From positions 7,342,850 to 7,406,849 of the forward strand of contig NC_134029.1 in NCBI RefSeq assembly GCF_964204645.1: a stretch of DNA of 64,000 bases, written 5' to 3'. This document shows positions 12,901-25,626 of the stretch, one piece after another. The notes beneath the pieces were generated by a model, which worked only from the letters and a program-made list of their open reading frames with translations, was not told the origin of the DNA and ran no database searches. Within the stretch, counting starts at the first letter, position 1. The number at the start of each line of letters is the position of its first letter. This DNA is from Tubulanus polymorphus (Eukaryota; Animalia; Nemertea). A program made the position numbers and the translations under genes.

Positions 12901-14748
12901 CCTTTGGACAGAAATCCATCTATAACCTCATGATACATAGTGCTATGTTTTTCATTGTATCAATATTATTTCGTCCGCTAACACCTAGGAGTCAAACTGA
13001 TTCAATCATTGTAGTATGCCCATCATTTGGTGAATATCTTATCCTTTTTTTTTACATAACGATGGCCTAGCCCCAAAATTCTAGTCCCCTAGTCCTATTC
13101 TGCCTTTATAAGGGGACCATCGCCTCCCTACCCAAGCACCCTGAATTACTAAATAAAAATTTAAAACAATAAAAAATGAAAGAAAGTGGATATTTTGTCA
13201 ATGGGTCATTTTTCTATGAACTGAAAACAAATTTTGCAGTTAACAATGATGATAGCTCATTCTGATTGATTACCGACTGACACTTGCCTATACCCTTGCC
13301 TACTAACTACTTATCTGCGCATAGCACGTACAACTTGGTTGGTTAGATTAGAAAGCTAAGTACACACCGGTCCTCCTTATTACTGAGATGACGTATTTTA
13401 CCGAGATGAACCGAGATGACATGAAATATAAGATATTTATTTATTCATTATCGATTTTTACACTTGAAATCATATTATATCAGTAATAAATGCCTGCTGG
13501 AGTCATATTTTACACATTTTGTCGGATATTTTTGCAGAAAAATAACTTTTAACTTTACCGAGATGAGATCGTCGATCAATCAAATTCAATAAAATTTTAT
13601 TGCTAACCAAGATCACGTATTTGAAGTCAAAATTTCTTTTACAAAATATCCGAAAAAATATGTAAAATATGACTCTAGAAAATATTTGTTACTGATACAA
13701 CATGATTTCAAGTGTTAAAATCGATAAGGAATAAATAAATATGCTATATTTCATGTCATCTCGGTAAAATACATCATCTCGGTAATAATAAGGAGGACCA
13801 ATATTAAGGAGGACTGGCTGTGAGGCGTCCATCCCGTCCCAAGTGTTGACGAGAAAAATGCAAAATATCCACTTTCGGCGCTATTGCACTTTCGTACCCC
13901 CCTCCCAAAAGTTTTTATTTCTGCATATTTATTATCAGGGAGGTCTGTAGAGTCAAAATAAATTACTTTTGACCAAAAAAAAAAATTTTTTCCAAGCCAA
14001 ATTTCTGATAATTTGGGGTCGATTTCCTCGATTCAAACCGACGGGTCGGCCATGTTTCGGCACTAATTACCACCTAAAAACATCTGAATAAATATATCTC
14101 AATAAATGGAATTGAATTGAATTGACATAATTTCGTTTTTGGGTACATAACTTTTCTTCATCAGGACATCTTTAAATCAATAGCTAAGTATGAAAATAAT
14201 GCAATCATACGCGTTATTTTCAGAGATGGTTATGTTTGAAAACATGGTTTTTGCAAAGTTTTTATGTCATGACATTTCAGTGGAGGGTTAGCAACTTTGA
14301 TTGACATCCAATATGGCGTTGTTGACGTCGCGAATCGGCGAATTTACACGCGATTTAGGGCCCAAAATAACAAAATTTTAACCTAGAAAAAAGTAAGTTT
14401 TTCGGATCAAAAGTTACTGATTTTGAATCTCTAGACCTCCCTGATAATAAATATGCAGAAATAAAAATTTTTGGGAGGGGGGTACGAAAGTGCAATAGCG
14501 CCCCACTTTCTTAGTCTAGAACTTTATGGCAATTGTGGTATTAAAAGAACATATGGTTTCGACTGTCTGTCTCGACTCTTTAGGCAAAATTACCACAAAC
14601 AAGGTTGTGATTGTGAAGACGAAGTCGAAGTCGAAGAAGCCCGAAGAAAACTGGTTTTAACTTCTTCAAAATTTAAACAGAAACCTAAGTTGAATATATT
14701 CAAAAGAGACACCACCTCTTCCTCGCCCGCATCAAGCTGAGCTGACAT
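3986..14748 (-). CDS. PTPN9: Tyrosine-protein phosphatase non-receptor type 9 (PTP-MEG2): N-terminal CRAL-TRIO/Sec14 domain plus PTP domain
   Basis: Phase-consistent GT-AG exons: 14748-14716, 11302-11159, 10874-10785, 9651-9527, 9118-9013, 8896-8786, 8307-7697, 7193-7048, 6748-6670, 6366-6216, 6001-5794, 4209-3986. Motifs: [34 protein letters not shown] (Sec14), [43 protein letters not shown]. An in-frame upstream ATG at 14760 is an alternative start. Confidence 0.95.
4301..5560 (+). mobile_element. Non-autonomous Helentron-associated (HINE/pearl/DINE-1-like) element with internal ~154-bp tandem array, in the last PTPN9 intron
   Basis: 5' AACTAG, subterminal IR GCCCACTTGGGA (4324-4335) and TCCCAAGTGGGC (5543-5554), repeat units starting at 4373, 4526, 4680 and 4834, GACG microsatellite (5494-5511), 3' hairpin ending in an A run. 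A near-identical inverted copy is at 35571-36430. Confidence 0.8.
6407..6574 (+). mobile_element. Short degenerate HINE-like element
   Basis: AAAACTAG start, GATG/GACA microsatellite, and a 3' end (aagtga..gcaatag..gggctaaaaa) resembling the 3' end of the 4301-5560 element. Confidence 0.5.
7591..7682. repeat. Dispersed short foldback repeat (GGGCCCGGTTCCACAG...CTGTGGAAC family); other copies near 8452, 42811-43085 and 52038-52150
   Basis: Shared core AAAATCAGTTCATTT.CAA.GTTTTAACTC..AGAGTCA and CCACAGTT/AACTGTGG ends. Confidence 0.6.
9278..9475. mobile_element. CAGGGTGGCC-terminated MITE with internal CCCTGAC motifs; related decayed copy at 39674-39859
   Basis: Ends CGGGGTGGTCACTT / AAGTGGCCACCCTG; flanks TTAGA and TTGGA. 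Confidence 0.65.
13368..13817. mobile_element. Foldback MITE, empty copy, in PTPN9 intron 1
   Basis: TIR CGGTCCTCCTTATTAC.GAGATG with about 200-bp inverted arms; the right TIR end is partly duplicated. Homologous to 35400-36689. Confidence 0.8.
13877..14502. mobile_element. MITE with ~80-bp TIRs and 8-bp TSD, possibly Merlin-like
   Basis: TIR GGCGCTATTGCACTTTCGTACCCCCCTCCCAAAA... at both ends; perfect TSD CCACTTTC at 13869-13876 and 14503-14510. Confidence 0.85.
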
Positions 14749-14849
14749 CGTTAAATTCATTAATTTCCATGTAGTTCATCAAACATAAACGGCATTTCAT
14801 TTTCTTCGCCTCTCCTCCGGTCATGTAGTGGCTTCCATATTGAATTTCT

Positions 14850-15849
14850 AGGTGGCGACGCAGGTACGAACTGTGGCGATTAGGATACAGCCATAGGCAG
14901 TTCAATTCAATTCAAAACTTTATTGCATTATAAGAGAGGTCCATCGTGTTGTCGGTTGGGTTCGAGTCCCCAACTGAATCCGGCCTTATATTTCAATTCA
15001 ACCGAAAATTAAATACATACACGTACATACTTTATATTTCTATCACCGATTTATTTTGCTTGCTATGATTTATACATTCTATCCGAAATATCAAAAATCT
15101 ATATTTTTTTACTTCGAATGAACCACTGGTTGGCACTTCTTGAAAAAAAAGAATAATTTTAAACGAATCAATGTAGTAAGACTGTTTACAATTTCTTTAG
15201 GATTACTTATCTAATTGAACAAAATGTAAAAATGGCACATTCAAGTTTTTCAAGTTTAAGCCGAAGTGCGACAGATTTCCCAAAAAAAGTTCAGAGAAAG
15301 CTCGGAGTGGTGCGGAAAACTATTCGATTCGAGACGGTCCGAATCACTCGGCAGCTCTCGCTCCATAATGGAAAATAAAAATTATTTCCAGTTTAAAATT
15401 GTATTTTGGAAGAACATGTATTTGAATCAATAATGAATTATTTAGTGGGTTTAAGTACTTGAAGACCATTGACATGACAGGCCAAAAAAATATCAGACTT
15501 ATTTAAAAAAAAGAATAAATCCCGCACGAGACATTACAAAAAGTATTCCATAAAAAGAAATATATTTGGAAATTTCTCAGTCAGAGTATGACTTATTTGG
15601 GGGTAGCTTTAACGAAAAGTGTGACACATAGATTCCCGATAATAACAGTACTACTAGCGCTGGGTCAAAAGAGTGACGTCACAAAGTAAATCGCCATTTT
15701 GATTTGACAGCGAGAGAAGCGAAACTCAAACTGCTGGCGAAGGCTTCTATTTCGAGTGGGAATATCGCCTAAATACGAGCCGACAGGACGTTGAAATTAC
15801 GCCAATATCGTCGGAGACAAACAACAGGACGGTTATAAGACAGTTTATA
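14850..15849. promoter_or_regulatory. Divergent PTPN9/UBE2R2 promoter region
   Basis: Start codons are head-to-head about 1.1 kb apart; palindromic CRE TGACGTCA at 15674-15681 and YY1-like CGCCATTTT at 15692-15700. Confidence 0.55.
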
Positions 15850-18800
15850 ATGGCACATAACCCTTCGAGCGCCGTTAGAGCGCTTCAGTTAGAGTACAAG
15901 AAAATTCGCGACGAGCCCGTCGAAGGATTTCGCGTCGAGGCGAACGATGAGAACCTGTTCGAGTGGGACGTGGCCATATTTGGGCCACCCCGAACCCTGT
16001 ACGAAGGAGGGTATTTCAAGGTATTAATTTATAATAATGGTATCTATTTTTAATGATGATGGTTTGAGACTGACCTGGCTCTGGCCAGAGTTTTTGAGGA
16101 ACAGGTTCCACCTTTGGCTTCAAGCTTTGGGAACCTCACCTGGTGGCGGCTATGCCTTCTTTGGTAAAATAGGACCTTTTTGTCTTCTTTGCTTTTATTT
16201 TTCAGCACACCACCCGTTTTTTAAGTGATTTTGAAAATATAAGTCCTGATGATAAGGCTTTGAACTATATATGGATAAACATAAAGCTTTTGTTAGGAGT
16301 TGGAGAATCCCTATGATGATTACAAATCTAGATCGGATCTCATCTACCTTGTGGCATCAGAATTTTAAATGACAACAATAATTTATATAGATTATGTCTT
16401 TTTCTTTGTTTGTTCCCCTTGCCTTAGTAAATAACGGGTTGATTTGTAATGATGGAATATAGAGCGCTTTGTCAGCATTGCTCAGTGCGCTATGTCTGTG
16501 TATGTGTGCTTGGTGTTGTGTTGATCAATAATCCAGTCATTTAGTAACCTTTGTTTACAGCGTATACCACCGCACAACGATGATGTCATATAACTGAATA
16601 GTTATCTGGGTCACAGACCGAATAATCAGCTGTTATTTGTTTATATGTACACGGTGAAAATCGTGTTCAGTTCTGAATCTAATTCATTGTCTCGGTTAGG
16701 CCTAGTTAGATTTTGCAGACGCATAGGAAAAATTGAAATATGCTTAGCATATGATCAGTACACCCACAGCGCCTTTATTCCAGAATTTTGTTGAGAGCCA
16801 CTGACAATTCTCACTTCAACGCACAGCACAACATTTGTTATAAATCTTTGTGTCAAAATTCAGATCTAAGATGGTACATTTCATTCTAAGATAAATCAGT
16901 TTCCTCAATGGGTTAGAGACACGCTATTGCATTTTTTCCTGCAAACTCTGTGAAATGAAATCATTTTCAGTGTTTTATTTTTAACCATAGTGTCAAATCT
17001 TTATCAAGACTGGAAACGAGTCCTGTGTGATTGGCAACATAGGCATAAAGACCTAGCCTATATAAGGCTAGTCTATCTCAATGTTCTCCACAACAGGTTT
17101 TAGAGGGGTGGCTACCCCTTTCATTTTTACATCCACCCGTCTGAAAATCAGCCATTCCTTGTAGAATATAAATTCTGCCCCTACCCTTGTTGTAAGACGT
17201 CTCTAAGCCCTACCAGAATGGATTTCAATATTCTTTCATTGCTGCTTAATATATTGAGCTAATGTGAAAAATAAAAGTTACTCCAAAATTAAGCTTAGAT
17301 TTTCTGTATTTTTTGGGGGACCGATGGAAAGCCTTGCCATTTCAGCGGCCATGATGTCATACACTTAAACAATGAACAACCCTTTAAAATTCCAACACAT
17401 GGAGAACACTGGTCTATCTATTGATGCATGAGACCTGTTTTTTTTTTTTCATAGTAATTTGCTCAATTTTGTGGAGTACATACATCAGGTCCCTGAAATC
17501 TCGAATGCGGGTGGAACCATCGATTTTATAGGCCTTAATGTTTTCGTACTGATTCGAAAGATAGTCAGCGTCGTCTAACTCTAGGTGAATCAGAGAAAGG
17601 CTACATTTTGTGAAATAGGTTTTACAATGGATCAACGCAGTAACAGGGACTGTTAATCATTATAAAGTCCTTGGGTTCCACCATCTCCCCCCCCCCCCCC
17701 CCCAATTGTAAGCATTTAGCACAAAGGGTGAAGTGACCCAATTTTAAGACCTAAGTACTCTAAAATTGCAGAAAAACATGTCCCATGAATCTACAGCCAT
17801 ACCACCTAAGAGTACTGGAATACCTTCAATTGTGGTTTTTCTCCTCGTATTAATTCTCGAAAGTTGAATAGTTCTTTTGATCTTTTCTTTCACAGGCTAA
17901 AATGACATTTCCACCCGATTACCCGTATTCTCCACCGAGCATAAAATTTACGTCGGAAATATTACATCCGAACGTCTATAAGGTAAAAACAGCTATTTTT
18001 AGTTGCTTCCAAATTTGATTTTTCCCGAATTGACGATAAAGAACGCTGCGGAAGAGATGATTTCTTATTCGACACGTTCATTCATGTTAAAAACGTACAT
18101 TGTATGTTATGTGACGGTTTTCAGAGTGGTGATGTTTGCATTTCAATTCTCCATCCGCCAGTGGATGATCCACAAAGTGGTGAACTGCCGTCAGAACGCT
18201 GGAATCCTACACAAACTGTTAGGTAAAATCTATTATAAATATGCAAAAGAAAAAAGAACGATGCGTATGATTTTAACACTCCCGGCCACTGTAAAGTCCA
18301 CAAGCCCAGGGCTTAGTTTCACTTCATGCTTTCAAATGAGGTTAACAATTCAAGCTTAGCCGTTTTAAGCTTTAAACCATTTCGTAATAACTCTTTGAGG
18401 CCAGAATGTTCATTTTCATAAAACTCCCCACCTTTGATCGCTGAACTAGAAATACGCTCTGTGCGACTGTGGTTTACTCAACAATTCTCCCAGATATGGA
18501 TTAGCATTGAGTGTAATTACGTACGCTATACCCATCACTTAATCTGTTTTAATCAGCGAGTGATAGCGGTTAGCGCGTCTCATCAGTGGTTGATCTCTTC
18601 ATATTAGCCCGAGAACACTTCTGCGTGTCGTGAGTATAACTTATCAGGGTTTGTAGCGAGTCTGACAAATTCGGAGAAGTGCTTACTATTGGAAAAATGT
18701 AGGATCGACCCTGATTAGTGTTTAATTTTCAGTAAATCCTGAAAGTGCTGAAAAGTGTGCCTGCTTGAACTCTTATGTCACGAGGCACGAACATCTTGCA

Positions 18801-19961
18801 ACAAATTTTATCACGGTTTATTGTATCTCCGATCAAAATTTCAAGTTCTAGTTCTAGTTTAAATGAAAATGTAATTTATCAAAGTCTTTCAATCACAAAT
18901 TCTACATACGTTATCAATGATTGTGGAAAACGTTGATATCGTAAATTCCGTGAATAATGCTATAAAAATAGAAATTGCGTTAAGAATGTTTTGGACTGTG
19001 GATAGGTGTGAATATGCCCCGGGTATTTTTTTTTTTTTTTTTCAAAAAACTTCTAAAAAAATCACTGCTACTTTTTCTTTCACTCTTTCTCGCATTTATT
19101 TCAGAACAATTTTACTCAGTGTAATTTCTCTGCTAAACGAACCGAATATATTTTCGCCGGCGGATGTCGACGCGTCGGTCATGTATAGGAAATGGAGGGA
19201 TTCAAAAGACTCTAAATGCAAGGACAAGGACACTGAATACGAAAACATTATAAAGTACGTATTCTATAGTATCTCGCTTTCCTTGGTGGGAATTCAATTT
19301 TCCACAGTAGTTTGTAAGAAATCAGCTGCCACATTACTAAGAACCGGAAAATGGACTTGCAACTTAGGCATTGGGATATCTAATCGTAGCGAGACTAAGG
19401 CATTTATACGAAACTATGACTTAGTGACGGATATTTCAAAATTCTTGCAACCTAGGTGATGCAAGTGTTAACGTGAGGACTTGCGCGAATTAACTTTACT
19501 GAACTATAAAATAATCAATAGGGCCTACTCGTACTTTATTGTGGTACCTGGCTTAACAATATTTTGGGTGATTCGTTTAGTCCCAATCAGTATCGGAAGT
19601 GATATTGGAAGAACTCTTTTTGAGCATCTAGACCCAATAATGTGATTAATGGTAGTAAAGAGGTAATAGTTTTGTACAATGGTAATAAGAAAAATGAAAA
19701 ATTTGCTTTTTCAGGCAACAAGTCGCCGCGTCGCGTTTACAAGCCGAAGAAGATAACGTCAAAGTGCCTACGACTGTATCAGAGTACTGCATCACTGCTA
19801 AACCGAAACACTCTGAATCGACGCACGACCAAGCCTCGGATTTCTTGGTCGATGACTTTGCCGATTGTGATTATGACGATATGGACGATGACGACGACGA
19901 CGAAGATGACGACAACAATTATTACGACGACGAAGATGACTCGGGCAACGGCGAGTCATGA
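15850..19961 (+). CDS. UBE2R2: Ubiquitin-conjugating enzyme E2 R (CDC34/UBE2R2)
   Basis: Exons 15850-16020, 17896-17982, 18125-18222, 19105-19254, 19715-19961. UBC fold with HPN and the catalytic Cys in DVCISILH, the Cdc34-specific acidic loop [16 protein letters not shown], and an acidic C-terminal tail. Confidence 0.95.
17079..17411. mobile_element. hAT-like MITE in UBE2R2 intron 1
   Basis: TIR CA(A/G)TGTTCTCCA ... TGGAGAACACTG; perfect 8-bp TSD GTCTATCT (17071-17078 and 17412-17419). Confidence 0.85.
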
Positions 19962-19994
19962 TGAACGATTTATCGATGACTTAGGATTTATTTA

Positions 19995-19995
19995 G

Positions 19996-20027
<32 letters not shown>

Positions 20028-20052
20028 CTATCTCTCTCACACACACACACAC
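19995..20052. repeat. (TA)n and (CA)n microsatellites at the start of the UBE2R2 3' UTR; (CT)n at about 20664-20706
   Basis: Directly visible dinucleotide runs. Confidence 0.9.
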
Positions 20053-20672
20053 GAATAGTTTCTTTGGCATGAAGCACGTAATAATGTATCTCAGATAATG
20101 ATGATGACGATGGATGGAATGACCCCCACACTCTCACGCAATCTCGTTTCCATAGTTTATTCAGTGTTTTCCAAGTCGACGTTACAATTCTAGGATAATC
20201 CCCGGTTCCCCCGCGCTAAGAGGGGCGGAACGTTTCAACAAACGCATGATGTTACTTACAATAATAGTGGGTCGGACTCTTCTTCAGAGATCTCTCTCTT
20301 ATCGCGACACAACAATTCGAACGAAGCTGACGCCGACATTACGTGCGCACTCACCCCCCCCTCCTCGTTCATTTGCGGCGGATTTGTCTTGCAGCTGTTT
20401 TTGTCGCCGTGCGCGCCAACGATGATGGAATGAAAATGTATTTCGGTCGTAGATACTGGTATACGAAAATAACGTGTGATACTTTTTAAAAGAAATAACG
20501 AAAGACTCGCAACCTGTTGGACCTCAAGTTTAATTTCTTAGCGATCGGGAGAAATTGGTGTAGGCCTACTACCGGGTAGTTATATCGGTAATGGCAGTTG
20601 ATTTTAGACACTGAGTACGTTTTTGCCGATTAGCTCGTATTTTTGAAGTTAAATTCATCAAAATCTCTCTCT

Positions 20673-20710
<38 letters not shown>

Positions 20711-23302
20711 GTTATTTATTTGCTCGCTAAAATTATGTTCATATATATGATTTGATGTAAACGGATTGATACGTTCACGACAGATCATGCTATTTCACGG
20801 TGAACAATGTTCGCTTTCTAGCTGGCTTTACTATTACAAAAAGTTTTTCGATTTGTCGTCAACGGAATCAGTTTTCAGAACTTGTTATATCTGCGTAGAA
20901 TTCCGACAGCGCGGTTTTCATAGACTGGCTAGGTATTAATACAACTACGTCATTCGAGGTGTGATTTCTCATTGTCACTATGGTAGGTGTCTGTCGAGTT
21001 GCTAATCGTCCCAATGAGATTCTATTCCTGTAAATTAAGACTTGCGTCCCCGATGAACGTAGTGGCTTATTCTTTAGTTATCCCCGAGTCGAAAAAATTT
21101 ATAGGTAGCCAACTCTTTCAATTTTGTATTACTCGGCGGTAACTGTGTCCTGAGTTGCGTTCGTTGAATATTCATCCGGTTTTACTTGGGTCCTGAACGA
21201 ACGTTTTCAGATATTTTTCCGATAAAATTGCATGACGTGATTCCAGAAAAACGTTTGCCTTCATGAATTAATTCCATAAGACGTCATTAAATTTCCAAGT
21301 GTAAGGTTGATCAAGAATTGGTTTATTTCGTTTTAAAAATTGATTTAAAAATTGTTGTTGACTGTAGCGGAATCGGTCATCTTTTTTCTGAAACGGCCTA
21401 TATTAAACAACGCGTAACGTTTGCTACGTATTTTCAAAGGTAGCAACCAAACGCGAATTATTGTAATATTTCGAATTATCGTTAAAAAGGCCTTCTTGAA
21501 ATTCGTGCCGAAAGAATGTAATTGAAGAAGAAAAAAATGAGTAAATTACTGCGATTCGTTTCGCGTTGTTTTCGTGTCGTAGTTACGTAGTTATGTTGAA
21601 TATTTTATAATAATACGAAGAAAACAAAAATTTGCGCGTTCGAAAATACAATATTTTATAATTACCGGGTCGGTAAAAAAAACGCTAAAAAATGTTTCCC
21701 GATTAATCGAATACGATATGTGTACGTATTATATATTCTTTTAATAATGCGAGTATTTAATTAATCAATTGATTCGTGTTTGTTTCATTATTTTCAAGCC
21801 GTATATGTAATATAATAATTGGCTGTCGAAAAAATCGAGTGGAATATTTTCGTCGGGTATTTTGTCGTCGCTCGTAATTATTATAATTATTATTATTATA
21901 TTTCGTCTGGTTTTTATTGGATATATTATGATAATTAATGTTAAAACGATTATTTGCGGAAGAAAAATGTTAAAAAATCGGTTTGTGTAGACGAAGTGAA
22001 TGCAGTTTTTACTTGTCTGTTTTTGACTCGTGAATTCGATCTATGAATATCTCGCGCTAAATGTCGAACTGGGTCCTTACCTATTATACGACTGTTACCT
22101 TCGTTTTAATTCGAGTTTACTGTCGGACCGCTTTTTTCGATGTTGAATAGTTCTCTTGTTTGCAGTGAAAACTATTCCTCCATGGAAATGGAGGCCAACG
22201 CACAATTATATATATTATATATATTTTTGTTTCAGTATGATGTAATATTAGCCTGTCGATTAGTGAATACAGTAGGCTCCGCCAGAGTCGGAACCTATCG
22301 ACTCAATTTAACCATTCAACTCGGATGTTTTTTGAAATATTTTTTGCGACACTATTTATGAAATACATAAAATCCAACTCAGATATTATTCGTACACAAG
22401 TCGGGCACATTTTTATATAGTCCTGTAAGATGCAACTTGAACGGAGTCTACTGAATATTGGTCTTCGAATATCTTTCTGCTTAACAAAATTGACGAACTA
22501 TTAGTTCGGCATATACCCCCTCCTATGATGTTAGAGCCCCCGTTTAAAGTTGGGGGACAAATTTGAGTAGAACAGTGTTTATTATCAGGGGGTAAGTCAT
22601 TGCAAATCTTTGCTGGTTGGTTGCGCCATATAAGTACAACCTGTTCGCTTAAAAAGTATTGTTTTCATATCTTGCCGAAAGATTATTCCATTACTCGGGT
22701 GAGAAATGTTTTTTGCATTCGACTGTACTGCTCTTCTCAAAACCAATTCGTGTCCGTGTAAAGTAATTTAATATTGAATATTTAATAGCTTTTCGCGAAT
22801 CGTCGCTCGAGATTTTAATATCGTCTTATTTTCTCCGGAGTTCGCACATTTCTATTGTGATTATTTCATGTAGATTTAGGAAACAGGGCTCACACACGGA
22901 TATCTTCATTCTCGATGCAGTGGAAAAATGTGTGCGCTACTATTAACGAAAATCTACTAAGAAAACAATATTCTAGTCGAGAAGAATTGACTATTCATTC
23001 CATGATGATAAAATATGTTATAATCTCTAATAAAATCTGATCGCTAGTGTTTATAAACCGTCGTACATGACTCGGATTTTATCGACGAGAAACTTCGGAA
23101 ATATTCGAAGTACCGAAAGTTGAAAAAGTTTGCGGCCAACTTCCAAGATATTTCATACCCTGGTACTTCCTGCTACTACAGTTATCTCGTAGCTTATTCG
23201 CATTGTTTTTGGTTTCGAAATATTTGGAGAATCAAAAGTTGGAGAAGTTTGCTGCCAACTTCAAGACATCTCATACTTCGGGTACCGCCGCCATTGGTAC
23301 TA

Positions 23303-23476
23303 CAGTGGAACTTCGTTATAATTAACTCGGATACAACGATTCATCGGAATTAACAAATATAGAATTTCGTCCCCAGTAAGAAAATTTAAATAATTTCATA
23401 CTGGATATAACAAACTATCGGTTATAACGAACATATTTTCTGGCCCCATGAAGTTCGCTGTAAAGAGGTTCCGCTG
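23303..23476. mobile_element. Tc1/mariner-pogo-type MITE; similar short CAGT...ACTG elements at about 22270-22453, 26181-26354 and 52291-52466
   Basis: TA|CAGTGGAACTTC ... GAGGTTCCGCTG|TA with internal TTATAAC motifs. Confidence 0.65.
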
Positions 23477-23938
23477 TATTAGTTCTCTTGTAGCTTAGTC
23501 TCCTTGTTCCCCGTTCGATATTCGCATGGCGGTAACTGAGATGACATTGGCTGGCGCTCGGCGGTCAATTCTGAACATCGGTTGTCTGTAGATCAGAGAC
23601 AACTCGGATGTAGCAATTGGGAGAATAATGAATCAAGGCAGCGAACATGTTAACAGCTGAATGTTACCGGTAAATCAAGCCTTGTGACTTAATAATTTCA
23701 ATATATTTCAGGTAGTGAATAGGTGCAATTGTTATGTGATTATTGTGTGATAATCGATATAGATATAAACAAGATATCAAAACTCGGACAATATATAATA
23801 CAGAATGGTATTCGGTTAATTGAATAAATATTTCTCTTCTCAAACTCACAACTACAACCCATTTTGACTGTAGAGTCTTCATTGAAATAATACTGATTAA
23901 CTCGATCAGTTTGTACAGTAACTGTATGTATGTATATG

Positions 23939-23944
23939 AATAAA
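23939..23944 (+). terminator. Candidate distal polyadenylation signal of UBE2R2 (3' UTR of about 4 kb)
   Basis: AATAAA preceded by TGTA repeats and followed by GT-rich sequence; alternative AATAAA at 23029 and 23824. Confidence 0.4.
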
Positions 23945-25234
23945 TACTAAGAATTATTTATACTGTATTGTTGTCGTTAGGCTTCAGTTGCTCACAGTAG
24001 ACTGCTTAATACTTTTGGTTCAGTCAACCCACAATTATCAAGGATGGTGGATTCAATGACAACATTTTGAATGATAAGCAAATGATTCATAATATTGAGG
24101 GCGGTAGATGATTGAGGGTTGACCACTGAAATCAGTGCATTTACATCGGATTTCTGTCTCTGGTTTCTCAAGAACTGCACAATTGAAAGTGGCTGTAGCG
24201 AATGTGCCATTGAATAACATGTGGATTAGCATTCATTCAGCACAACAAAACTTCAGGATTTTGAAGTCGGATTTCATTTCTGGTAGGTCACCTCGGTTTG
24301 TGGACACAGTATGGCTAATACAGGGCTGTACTTTTTTGCAGAACTAAAACTCTTTGTGCAATTCTCAAAAAGACGCTAATCATTTTTCAATGCAGGGATG
24401 TACTTTTAATCTTTTTTATGTAGCATCCTTGTCTATCTATTTGCTGGCTGAACAGGTCTTGATTTTCTTCATTATTTGAGTCAAGGTACAGTAGATTATT
24501 GAAGTCAACCAGCAATTACCTGATAACAACTGAACTATTAATTAGTTCATTGATTCTATTTCCCTCACACACCCTCCAAAATGCACATACCGGGGTAAAT
24601 CGGCAAAGATTTTCAGAAGTTTTCTAACATTCTCATATTCCTTTGTTGTCATAGATGAATATTTTAATTCATGTTATCTGCTCTTACAATAAATTTCATA
24701 ATTTCAATGACCTGAATCGATCTCAGAGCTTGGAAAAATTGAATGATTTCTGGGGACCCCCTAGCGGGCACCGCACCTTCACTTCTCATTGCAGCGTACC
24801 TAGCCCATTACTACGAAAACTCACTGGCAGCACCATTATAAATTTTTTCCAGATGGGCCGGAAACATAACAAGCAACTAAAAATAACCCATTATTTCATT
24901 GTAGTAAGTGAAATCTATTGAATATACATTTCAAAAATTTTTACATTACATATAAACAATTTAAAAAAAGCTTTTTCTTTTATACAGCTATATAATAATA
25001 TGTATATTATATGTTTTTGTCAGCAGCAAAATACAAAAAGGTTAGACATGTATGTTAAAACATATATTCATCGAAACACAGTAACCTCAGACAAAATAAT
25101 TAATGATCTTAACATTATAACCTTTTCTTATATAAATTGAAACTCCAATTGAATCGAAATGCAAAACAAATACCGGTATGCTTGTCATGGTTCCACGAAG
25201 CTGTCCGTTTTGATCATGAATGCCGAACAAAACA

Positions 25235-25607
25235 CAGGGTTTCCAGTGGTAAGGCCAGGATAAAAAGACTAAGAAGGACTTTTTCGGCAATTATAGACTC
25301 AAAAGGAGGGACTTTTTGACTCAGAAAGAAGTACTTTCCAGTAAAATGAGGGCCCACAAGGGAGCATTTTTGCTATGCCTTCACCGGAATACTAGTCGCA
25401 TAAACCAGTCATACATTTCAGGGTAATTCCATAACACTTTCCTGTATATTCAATCTTACTGACAATTGAATTACCAGGCCTAAGTAATAAAATACCTCGA
25501 CACTCAAATTTGGAAGGACTTTTTGTATAGAAAAGGAAGGACTTATAGTCAAAAAGGACAAAGATGATGTTCCAAAGAAGGACTTGGAAGTAGCGCTGGA
25601 AACCCTG
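25235..25607. mobile_element. CAGGGTTTCCAG-terminated MITE immediately downstream of the ANKLE1 stop codon
   Basis: TIR CAGGGTTTCCAG/CTGGAAACCCTG, internal AAGGACTT motifs, flanking AAACA duplication. Inverted sister copy at 37629-37983. Confidence 0.8.
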
Positions 25608-25626
25608 AAACAGCCAACTTCTGGAA

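Noticed and set aside
14955-14990. GGTTCGAGTCCC B-box as a possible tRNA gene
   Set aside because: No cloverleaf or A-box/acceptor stem could be built; at most a SINE remnant.
19959-19964. TGA TGA at the end of UBE2R2 as possible selenocysteine or readthrough
   Set aside because: The protein is complete at the first stop, the double stop argues against readthrough, and no SECIS-like structure was recognised.
23990-24520. Coding-looking minus-strand stretch after a possible acceptor
   Set aside because: Frames examined are interrupted by stops and no protein family could be recognised.
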